In this document: in pieces, positions 1 through 7,640 of the stretch
Numbering within the stretch: the stretch's first letter is position 1
Layout: every line of letters starts with the position of its first letter
Source: Candidatus Cloacimonadota bacterium
GTDB taxonomy: Bacteria > Cloacimonadota > Cloacimonadia > Cloacimonadales > WRIO01
Direction: 5' to 3'
NCBI GenBank assembly: GCA_029564175.1
Contig: JAKQQL010000382.1
Span: 1-11,030, forward strand
DNA: 11,030 nt
Notes under the pieces: generated by a model
The model's database searches: none
Told to the model about the DNA's origin: nothing
The model's input: only the letters and a program-made list of their open reading frames with translations
Made by a program: the position numbers and the translations under genes

Positions 1-10
1 CAAAAAGATC

Positions 11-40
11 TTGACAAATAGACTAAAGAAAATTTAAATT
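11..40 (+). promoter_or_regulatory. Putative sigma70-type promoter for the operon
   Basis: Perfect -35 TTGACA at 11-16, an 18-nt spacer, then TAAATT at 35-40 (TAnnnT pattern), about 125 nt upstream of the first ATG. AT-rich DNA makes chance -10 matches common. Confidence 0.55.
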
Positions 41-165
41 GTAATCAAAGTCAATATAGAAGTGAAATATAAGAAAAAAAATCTTGTATTACTTTGAAAA
101 CAAAGGGTTGGAACTTTACACCAACATTTGGGACTTAACTCTAATGTTAAGGATGGCACAACTAA

Positions 166-1377
166 ATGGGACTAAGCTTTTCTTCAGAAATCAGTATCTC
201 AATCCCTGAGTATATAAATGGAACAGGACGTTTTCAGGCAATCAATAAATTATTAGTAGTTAACCAACACTGGAAAAAAGAAGCTTGGTTAAAATTAAAA
301 GAGCTATTTACAAAAATGAGGCAAATGAGTGCTTCGGATATGGAAATAGGAGGACCAGGCTCAAAAGGTTTTATATGGTACAGGGTTTTCGGAGATAAAA
401 AACCATATCCTGAATATGGGACATTTAACAATGATGATATAACCTGCATGATGCTGAGTGTATTATCTGACGAACAAAAAGTTGAATTATTTAAAAATAA
501 AAATATTGACTTTTCAATTGGAATTGCACTTGAACCTGGTGAGAAACCAAGCCGTTTTAGATCTGATGTTTATTATGAATCCGGCACTTTAGCCGGTAGT
601 TTCAGACGAATAAACCAGAAATTATTCCCTATTGAAAATTTAGAATTACCTGAGCCGATTTTGAAGCGGATTAATCTTCAATATGAGCAAAACGGTCTGA
701 TTTTAGTAACAGGTATTACCGGCTCAGGAAAAAGCTCTACACTCGATACGATTATTGATTTGAATAATCATTCTAATGAAGGGCATATTATTGTGATTGG
801 TGCTCCTATCGAATATATTCATGAATCTGATAAATGCATTGTCAGACACCGTGAATTAGGAGACGATGTGTTATCCTTTAGAGATGGAGCAAGAGAAGCC
901 CTTAGGCAGGATCCGGATATTCTGGTGGTAGGAGAGATGCGTGATGCTGATACAATGGCCATGGTCCTTGAAATAACAGACAGTGGTCATAAAGTGTTTT
1001 CTACTCTACATACCAGCTCAGCTGTAGAAAGTATTCATCGTATCGTTGGAGAGTTTCCTGCAGAAGAACAGGAAAGAATTCGCATGAGACTTGCTGACAC
1101 GCTTTCTGTCATTATATCACAAAAGCTAGTTCCCAGTATCGATGGTAAAGTGGTATTAGCAAAGGAAATATTGTCAGTTACTTCATCAGTAGTAGCTGCA
1201 ATCAGAAACAATAATGTTGCAGAAATTTATCAAATGATTTCTGAAGGAAAAAAATACGGTATGTTTTCCCTTGAGCAGGAATTATATACTCTGTTTAAAT
1301 CAGGTAAAATTACCAAAGAAACCGCCTTAAATTATTCAAATAATAAAAAAAGAATGGTTCAGTTGTTACAATATTAA
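166..1377 (+). CDS. pilT: PilT/PilU-family type IV filament ATPase (divergent)
   Basis: Walker A GLILVTGITGSGKSSTL; ALRQDPDILVVGEMRD (Walker B region); His box GHKVFSTLHTSSA; N-domain ASDMEI and RFR...FRRI; IISQKLVP; 403 aa with no PilB-type N-terminal domain or tetra-cysteine motif. AAGGA at 149-153 is a possible RBS. Confidence 0.88.
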   Translation: MGLSFSSEISISIPEYINGTGRFQAINKLLVVNQHWKKEAWLKLKELFTKMRQMSASDMEIGGPGSKGFIWYRVFGDKKPYPEYGTFNNDDITCMMLSVLSDEQKVELFKNKNIDFSIGIALEPGEKPSRFRSDVYYESGTLAGSFRRINQKLFPIENLELPEPILKRINLQYEQNGLILVTGITGSGKSSTLDTIIDLNNHSNEGHIIVIGAPIEYIHESDKCIVRHRELGDDVLSFRDGAREALRQDPDILVVGEMRDADTMAMVLEITDSGHKVFSTLHTSSAVESIHRIVGEFPAEEQERIRMRLADTLSVIISQKLVPSIDGKVVLAKEILSVTSSVVAAIRNNNVAEIYQMISEGKKYGMFSLEQELYTLFKSGKITKETALNYSNNKKRMVQLLQY

Positions 1378-1385
1378 AGTCATTT

Positions 1386-3707
1386 ATGAAAAAAAAAGAA
1401 AAACAGGATAAAATCGTATTAGGGATTATTCTTGATGGTTTAACTGTCAGGGTAGCAGAGTGTCATTTTAAAAAACAATCTGTTTATGTGAATCATTTAC
1501 GGGAATTTCAATTAAAAGAACCTCTGATTCAACATGAAACACCTGATTTAGTTTTAAATGATATAACCGCATTTAGTTCAGAAGACTCAGGGTTTTCAAT
1601 CAATGATACGAAGGATGTAGAATCTTCCTTAGATGATATTGAAGATTTTATGGGTATCAATGATGATGAAGATTTTTTTCAAAAGAAACCAGCAGAACCT
1701 GAACAAGCAGCACAGGAATCTTTCAAAAGAGAATCAGATATACTCCCTCAATATGATCTGAATTCATCAAAATTCTTTGAAATATCCAGGTTTTTAGCAC
1801 AATTCCCACTCAATACAGCTTATGTCTCATTTATCACTTCAGAAGAGAAACTTTTTTGGTCTTATATTCCGTATTCTTCCAAAAAAATAAAAAGAGATAA
1901 GATAAAGAAACAAACTTTGTCTAAAGAACAGAAGAAAGATGCCTCTGTTCAGTTTGACTTATTGATCAATAAAAATAAAAGTGCCTATTCTCTTGTATAT
2001 GAAGGTCCTCATGATATCATCAGTATATTAGAGAATGTTCAGCCAATTTTAAACATTAAGAATATAAATTATCTTCATGCTGAACCAATAGAGTCCTGTC
2101 TGATAAATGCTGTATTGACTCAGTACCGTTTTAATAGTGAAGAATACGTGTTATTGCTCTACTTGAGTAAGGAAAACAAAATTGCCATTATTATTCAGGA
2201 TGATAATTATATTAAATCATTTCCATTAATCATTCAGGCAACAGACCCAGATATTATCAGAGAAGCGGTTGTTTCAAAAATTATGCTTGAACAGGATATT
2301 TCTCAGCTTAATATCACTCAAAATGTATTGATATGCGGAGATTATACTGGTAAAGAGGATATGGCCTTTTTTAAAGAAAATTTCAGATCAAATTTTATCA
2401 GTTCTTTTAGCTTTTCTACAGCAAACAGCTACCAGAATAATATGCCAATAGAATTTGATGTGGAAATTCCAGAGTATATCATTCCACGATTTGTACCTTC
2501 TATCATGTTGGGATATAGAGCATTAAATGTTAAAAATAAGCGATTACATTTGATTAACATGCTCCCACAGCTGATTATTGATAAGCAAAAGATTTTTAAA
2601 TTAAGCTGGCATGGTATTGTTATCTTAATACTCGTATTTGTAACCACTATGTGGGCAACCTATGGCAGCTTAAAACAAAAGATTGAGTTAAAAAGAATAC
2701 AAAATGAAAATCAACAATATGAGTTTGAATTGAATCAGAAAAAGGCATTTAAGAATATTTTAATGCAATACACTTCTCAGGTGGATTTATTTGAACAGAA
2801 CAGAAAACAGATTATCGATTTAATTCAGTTTAAAAATCAATGGGCATACATTATTCAAAAAATATCCAGTTTTACAGAGAATCATTCCTATTTTTGGATA
2901 AATGATTTATCAGGAAATGACCAAAATATAATTGTAAAAGGGGTTTCTTATAACAGAAACAATATCAGCGCTTTCTCAAATCTTTTCCCACAAGGAAGCA
3001 TCAAAAAAATAAATCTGAGTAAAATCGAATCTGAACCAGTTTGGGATTATGAGATAATGTTTGCCTATCCGGATCCTGTCTTGTACAATCCCCTTTACAG
3101 TGAGATCAAAGTAGAAATAGATTCAACAAAGATTTTTGTTCAACAAAAAAAGAATGAACCTGAACCTGAAATAACAGAGGAAGTAAAGACGCCTGTCGAA
3201 ACAAAAAAGGAAAAAAAGCCAGAAATAGAAAAACCAAAAAAGGCTGATTTAAGTAAAACTACAAATAAACCTCAAAATAAAGAAGATAAAGTTAAAACGG
3301 TCTCCGATGATCATACATATAAACAAGGATCAGCTCTTTATGTAGAAGCAAGAATTCATGTTCAAAATGAAGAATATGACGAGGCTATCGCAAAATTCAA
3401 CCGTTTTTTAAAAGAATATCCAGAGCACAGATTAGTTCCAATGGGTAATTTCCTGATGGCTGAATCTTATTTTTTATCAGCACAGTATCAGAAAGCGATA
3501 CCATACTATCAGAAAGTATTGGAATTAAAAAAAGTGAAACAACTCGAATCTCTTTTTATGCTGGGAAAGACTTACGATAAAATTAATCAAAAAGAAAAAG
3601 CAATTCAGTATTTTGAAGAGTTAATATCATTGTATCCAAAATCTCTTCTTACAAAAGAGTCTGAAGAATATGTTAAGCGGCTGAAGGGTGAGTCTCATGC
3701 GGAATGA
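1386..3707 (+). CDS. PilM-like/PilN-like fusion inner-membrane assembly protein with C-terminal TPR domain
   Basis: N-terminus IVLGIILDGLTVRVAE resembles the first strands of PilM; NVLICGD resembles the PilM IxLxGG strand; internal INMLP (aa 390-394, nt 2553-2567) matches the PilN INLLP motif; one TM segment (GIVILILVFVTTMWATYG); a coiled coil; WINDLS...IIVKGVS PilN-type domain; K/E/P-rich linker; TPR repeats (YDEAIAKFNRFLKEYP...AIQYFEELISLYPKS). Lies between a PilT-like ATPase and a secretin. Confidence 0.75.
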   Translation: MKKKEKQDKIVLGIILDGLTVRVAECHFKKQSVYVNHLREFQLKEPLIQHETPDLVLNDITAFSSEDSGFSINDTKDVESSLDDIEDFMGINDDEDFFQKKPAEPEQAAQESFKRESDILPQYDLNSSKFFEISRFLAQFPLNTAYVSFITSEEKLFWSYIPYSSKKIKRDKIKKQTLSKEQKKDASVQFDLLINKNKSAYSLVYEGPHDIISILENVQPILNIKNINYLHAEPIESCLINAVLTQYRFNSEEYVLLLYLSKENKIAIIIQDDNYIKSFPLIIQATDPDIIREAVVSKIMLEQDISQLNITQNVLICGDYTGKEDMAFFKENFRSNFISSFSFSTANSYQNNMPIEFDVEIPEYIIPRFVPSIMLGYRALNVKNKRLHLINMLPQLIIDKQKIFKLSWHGIVILILVFVTTMWATYGSLKQKIELKRIQNENQQYEFELNQKKAFKNILMQYTSQVDLFEQNRKQIIDLIQFKNQWAYIIQKISSFTENHSYFWINDLSGNDQNIIVKGVSYNRNNISAFSNLFPQGSIKKINLSKIESEPVWDYEIMFAYPDPVLYNPLYSEIKVEIDSTKIFVQQKKNEPEPEITEEVKTPVETKKEKKPEIEKPKKADLSKTTNKPQNKEDKVKTVSDDHTYKQGSALYVEARIHVQNEEYDEAIAKFNRFLKEYPEHRLVPMGNFLMAESYFLSAQYQKAIPYYQKVLELKKVKQLESLFMLGKTYDKINQKEKAIQYFEELISLYPKSLLTKESEEYVKRLKGESHAE

Positions 3708-4572
3708 TATCAGAAATTCAATCGTTTTAGCTTCTTTACTAATCGTTATTCTTTTGTTAAATTTCGGACTTTCTTATCATACCAACAAAAAGATAAAACT
3801 TGAAACAGAGAAACTAAATAAGAATAAATCAGAACTTCAATCAATGAGCAATATTGTCATTGACACGATGCAAGTGTATTACATTAAACAGCAAATTTCA
3901 AAAATGGATAGCTGGCAAGCAAGATACGGAAAAACATTTATGTTGAGTGATAATTCTCGTCAATCCTGGTCATATATAAGCTCAATCGTTAACAGCTATT
4001 GTCCTGATTTGGATGTAAATTTTGAAAGTCTATCTGATGTAGCAGAAGAAAATGTGAATAGAGACTACAAAATATCTGGTACAGCCAATATTCAAACATT
4101 CTATTTATTTATGAATCAATTAGAAAATCAAAGTCCTCTTTATATCGTTAGAGAGTTTTCACTAAATCAAAGTACCCAACAACAGGAAGATGGAACCAAG
4201 CAATTTCTTGTAAACTTTGATTTGACAATTCAATCTCAGGTAAATCCCTCTGGAAAAGAAATCTCTGAAAATCGTTTTAGAAGCTTAAACAACAAAGTTG
4301 TTAATAATTTCTTTGCTCCTGGAATTTATTCCCCTTATGAGAACCCTTCTGAAGCCGATAAAATTGATGCAGAAAAAGCGATATTGCTTAGCTTAACTCC
4401 AACAACCGCATTTATAAAAGCTACAGATGGTCATGTATATATTATAAAGCAAGGTGCTAAAGTGGCTTATGGATACTTGCACTCAATAAACTGGAAAGAC
4501 CAGTCTGTTACCTTTAAATTAAACAAAATTGGTGTCTTTAGAGATGTAACCATTAAACTCAATAAGGAATAA
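3697..4572 (+). CDS. PilO-like inner-membrane protein with probable PilP-like C-terminal domain
   Basis: N-terminal TM helix (IVLASLLIVILLLNFGL), coiled coil, PilO/GspM-type YKISGTANIQTFYLFMNQLEN...IVREFSL, then a beta-rich tail. ATG at 3697, preceded by AAGGGTGAG and overlapping the upstream stop, is preferred over the track's GTG at 3688. Confidence 0.65.
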   Translation: MRNDIRNSIVLASLLIVILLLNFGLSYHTNKKIKLETEKLNKNKSELQSMSNIVIDTMQVYYIKQQISKMDSWQARYGKTFMLSDNSRQSWSYISSIVNSYCPDLDVNFESLSDVAEENVNRDYKISGTANIQTFYLFMNQLENQSPLYIVREFSLNQSTQQQEDGTKQFLVNFDLTIQSQVNPSGKEISENRFRSLNNKVVNNFFAPGIYSPYENPSEADKIDAEKAILLSLTPTTAFIKATDGHVYIIKQGAKVAYGYLHSINWKDQSVTFKLNKIGVFRDVTIKLNKE

Positions 4573-4574
4573 TC

Positions 4575-5753
4575 ATGAAGAAGATAATATGTTCTTTACT
4601 CATTATGCTGTGTTTGTTTTTAGCACTTAATGCTCAGCAAAAAGCTGATATGAATGCTTATCTGACGATACAGCGGGGAACTGATTTCAATACAGCAATA
4701 AAAGTGATAGAAACCTTGTGTTATCAGTATGAATCCAAAAAAATTGTTAATTCAAGTTCTTTTAATGGAAACATATCTATTCCTATCAGCCAGTTACACT
4801 GGAAAGAAGCGCTTTTACTTCTTTGTCAGACTCATAGTTTAAATCTGGAAGAAAAAGGTGGCGTTTATTACGTAATTGATCCACCAAAAGATGAGGCGCC
4901 TGTAAATAAAAATTTACGTCCTTCAGATCGACAAGTTAAAATTACGGCCATATTTTTTAGAGCAGATAAGGATTTTTTTAAATCTATAGGTATCAACTGG
5001 CAAACGATTGTCAATGGACAAGTGATCGCAAATCTTGATTTCAAAGGAGCCGGAAAAGTCGCAGATGATCTGGTTAAAGCTTCTGGCTCTTATCAATTTA
5101 CTCAAAATGATTACGTAATTGATATTAACACCTTGATAAAAGTGATAGAATCGAATCAAAAAGGCTCAGTTATTGCCCATCCAAATATTAGTGTTCTTTC
5201 AGGGAAGGAAGGGAAAATTCAGGTAGGACAAGATTTTTCTGTTAAAACTGCTGATGAAGCAGGAAATATCTCTGATAAGTTTTTTTCAACAGGTGTCATT
5301 TTGAATGTAAAACCAACTGTAATTGATAATAATGGTACTGAAGTTGTCCATCTGGTCGCATCTGTAGAAAAAAGCAGTGCAATACCAGGAACTGTTAGTA
5401 CGATCATTAATAAAAATCAGGCGAGTACAGAAGTATATTTATATAATGGAGAAGAAACTGTCATCGGTGGTTTATATGATACAGAATATACAAAACAACG
5501 TTTTGGAATTCCTTTTCTGAAAGATCTCCCATGGTGGGTTTTTGGTATAAAATATCTGACTGGATATAATAGTTATGAACAACATAACCGAGAAATGATT
5601 GTCATTTTAAAAGCTGAAATATATGACTCTATAGAAAAAAGAATGGAAGAAAAAGTTGATTTAAAAAAGAAAATCGAAAAAATACGAGAACGAGTCGACC
5701 ATGGCTTGTTTGATGATGGAAATTTCAAGATAAAGGAAGAAAAAAAGAATTGA
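4575..5753 (+). CDS. Outer-membrane secretin (PilQ/GspD family), short form
   Basis: Signal peptide MKKIICSLL...ALNA; RQVKITA start of the secretin core; VIAHPNISVLSGKEGKIQVGQ; TGVILNVKP; TEVYLYNGEETVIGGL; GIPFLKDLP; REMIVIL. RBS AAGGA just upstream. Confidence 0.92.
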   Translation: MKKIICSLLIMLCLFLALNAQQKADMNAYLTIQRGTDFNTAIKVIETLCYQYESKKIVNSSSFNGNISIPISQLHWKEALLLLCQTHSLNLEEKGGVYYVIDPPKDEAPVNKNLRPSDRQVKITAIFFRADKDFFKSIGINWQTIVNGQVIANLDFKGAGKVADDLVKASGSYQFTQNDYVIDINTLIKVIESNQKGSVIAHPNISVLSGKEGKIQVGQDFSVKTADEAGNISDKFFSTGVILNVKPTVIDNNGTEVVHLVASVEKSSAIPGTVSTIINKNQASTEVYLYNGEETVIGGLYDTEYTKQRFGIPFLKDLPWWVFGIKYLTGYNSYEQHNREMIVILKAEIYDSIEKRMEEKVDLKKKIEKIRERVDHGLFDDGNFKIKEEKKN

Positions 5754-5782
5754 CTATTTGATGTTATGGTTAGGAGTAAAAA

Positions 5783-7630
5783 ATGAGTAGATACAGAATA
5801 AATCCTTCCCAATCTAAAATGATTGGGAATTATGCTTTTCTAAAGTTAGTGTTTATATTAGCGATTGTGTTGCTAATTAATGCCTGTTCAAAAGACGATG
5901 ATCCTTCTGTAAATTATGATGCACCAACAAGTTTGGAAGTTATTAAAATAGCAAATGGTAAAGTTCAATTAACCTGGCAATATTCATCTCAAAGCACTAA
6001 TATTGTTTATATTGTTGCAAGAAAAGAAGGTTCAGGATCTTGGAATGAAACCTATTATGAATCAACCAATGACCAAAAACTATTTATCGATGATATTCCA
6101 ACAAATTCTTATACGGTATATAGTTATAAAGTTAAGGCTAAAGAAGTGGATACCAGTAATGAATCTTTCTTTTCTAATCCAGCATCCTATTTTCCAGATA
6201 TCACTCAGCCAACTGATCTTAGAATTTATCAAACTAGTCAAAATCAGCTAAGAATCACTTGGGTGGATAATGCAGAAGGAGAATCAGGTTACAAAATTGA
6301 TAAAAAAATAGATAATGGGGCATGGGTTAAAGCGTATGCAAGTTTATCAGAAAATGTCGAAACATATACTGACGAAGTAAATCAGCTTTATCAAAATATT
6401 TCTTATCGTGTTTATGCTTATGTAGGCGCTTCTACAAGTCCGTCAAATGAATTGACTTTTACACCAACAATTCAGATTCCTGATAGTTTAAGATTGAGTC
6501 AAATTTCTTCAAATCAGGTGAAGTTAAATTGGCAATATAATGGAGAGTTGCCTAACTTGTTTGAAGTTCAAAGAAAAATTGGGACCAATGACTGGTCTTT
6601 ATTGACACAGGTGAATGGGTCTCAAACTCATTATATAGACAATTTAAGTATTGAATCTGCAACTTTAAATTACCGTGTCAGGTCAAAAAAAGACACATTG
6701 TATTCAGCTTATTCAGATGTGTCTTCAATTAATTTTAATATTTCTGAATTAAGCTCTATTAACTTGTCCAACCATGGTAATCAGGTATTTGTAAAAGATA
6801 ATTATCTTTTTATTGCCAATGATTATAACGGAACCTTGATATACAATACAGCCAATCCAACGAATCCATCCCTTATTAAAAATATATCTATGCCTGGTAG
6901 AACATTAAGTGTTACCGTTGATGAGAATGTCTTGTATATGGCAAATGATCAGGGTATTATGCAGGTTTATGATATTAGCTCAATAGATAATCCTGTGAAA
7001 TTATATGACGATGTACAATTTTATGGACAAGGTAATCATATTTGTATTACTGAAATCAATTTTCAAAAGTATGCACTTGTTTCGGCAGGCAGTTCAGGAT
7101 TAAAAATTGTGGCATTTAATATGAATAATATTCCGGTCCCTGTTGTGATAAAAACCATCAATACAGTCCCCGGAGCAAATGTATTCAAAAGTGTTGTTTC
7201 AAATAATACCGTTTATCTGGCAGAAGGAATCAATGGTATTCGTCAGTTTGATATCAGTGATCCTTTTAATCCTGTTTTGTTAAGGCATAAACAGGGCATT
7301 GGCACGATTGTGGATATCTCATTAACTGAACAATATTTATATCTTGGTAGAGGAGATTTAGGAATTGCTTTATTAACTACTTCAAATTTGAATATGTTAT
7401 CTGAATTCGATACTCAAGGTTATTCAAATTCTATAGATATAGATAGTCGTAATGTTTACATTGCTGATAGAGATGAGGGTTTTTTGATTGTTAGTGCAAT
7501 CAATCCTGCTCAGTTAATCTCTATCTGCAAATTGGATACAACAAGTAATGTTCTTTCAATTGTTATTAAAAATAAATACGCTTACCTTAGTAGTCAAAAT
7601 TATTGTAAAATCATACAAATCCGTCCTTAG
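5783..7630 (+). CDS. Lipoprotein with three fibronectin type III domains and an LVIVD-like repeat (probable beta-propeller) domain
   Basis: AGGAG RBS at 5772-5776; hydrophobic stretch ending INA-C35; three FN3-like units (APTSL..VQLTW..YSYKVKA; QPTDL..LRITWVDNAEGESGYKI..YRVYAY; IPDSL..VKLNW..YRVRS); repeats such as YLFIANDYNGTLIYNTANPTNP, VLYMANDQGIMQVYDISSIDNP and VYLAEGINGIRQFDISDPFNP. Confidence 0.82.
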   Translation: MSRYRINPSQSKMIGNYAFLKLVFILAIVLLINACSKDDDPSVNYDAPTSLEVIKIANGKVQLTWQYSSQSTNIVYIVARKEGSGSWNETYYESTNDQKLFIDDIPTNSYTVYSYKVKAKEVDTSNESFFSNPASYFPDITQPTDLRIYQTSQNQLRITWVDNAEGESGYKIDKKIDNGAWVKAYASLSENVETYTDEVNQLYQNISYRVYAYVGASTSPSNELTFTPTIQIPDSLRLSQISSNQVKLNWQYNGELPNLFEVQRKIGTNDWSLLTQVNGSQTHYIDNLSIESATLNYRVRSKKDTLYSAYSDVSSINFNISELSSINLSNHGNQVFVKDNYLFIANDYNGTLIYNTANPTNPSLIKNISMPGRTLSVTVDENVLYMANDQGIMQVYDISSIDNPVKLYDDVQFYGQGNHICITEINFQKYALVSAGSSGLKIVAFNMNNIPVPVVIKTINTVPGANVFKSVVSNNTVYLAEGINGIRQFDISDPFNPVLLRHKQGIGTIVDISLTEQYLYLGRGDLGIALLTTSNLNMLSEFDTQGYSNSIDIDSRNVYIADRDEGFLIVSAINPAQLISICKLDTTSNVLSIVIKNKYAYLSSQNYCKIIQIRP

Positions 7631-7640
7631 GAGTCAAAAA

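Noticed and set aside
234..449. 71-aa minus-strand ORF
   Set aside because: Antisense shadow entirely inside the PilT-like gene, with no recognisable motif.
1389..1397. A9 tract immediately after the ATG of the PilMN gene as a phase-variation switch
   Set aside because: It encodes MKKK, and runs of 7-9 A are common in this AT-rich window. It would need read-level length variation to support it.
2429..2647. 72-aa minus-strand ORF
   Set aside because: Antisense to the PilMN fusion, with no independent coding evidence.
3688..3696. GTG start given by the ORF track for the PilO-like gene
   Set aside because: The GTG sits within the likely SD-like purine stretch, and ATG 3697 is better placed.
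4923..5812. Three short minus-strand ORFs (4923-5159, 5219-5407, 5573-5812)
   Set aside because: All overlap the well-supported secretin on the opposite strand and are typical shadow ORFs.
5783..5890. Type IV prepilin (class III) signal in this or any other ORF
   Set aside because: No G/FxxxE cleavage motif precedes any hydrophobic segment, so no pilin is encoded in the window.
6003..6251. 82-aa plus-strand alternative-frame ORF
   Set aside because: Nested in the FN3 lipoprotein with a TTG start, no RBS and no motif.
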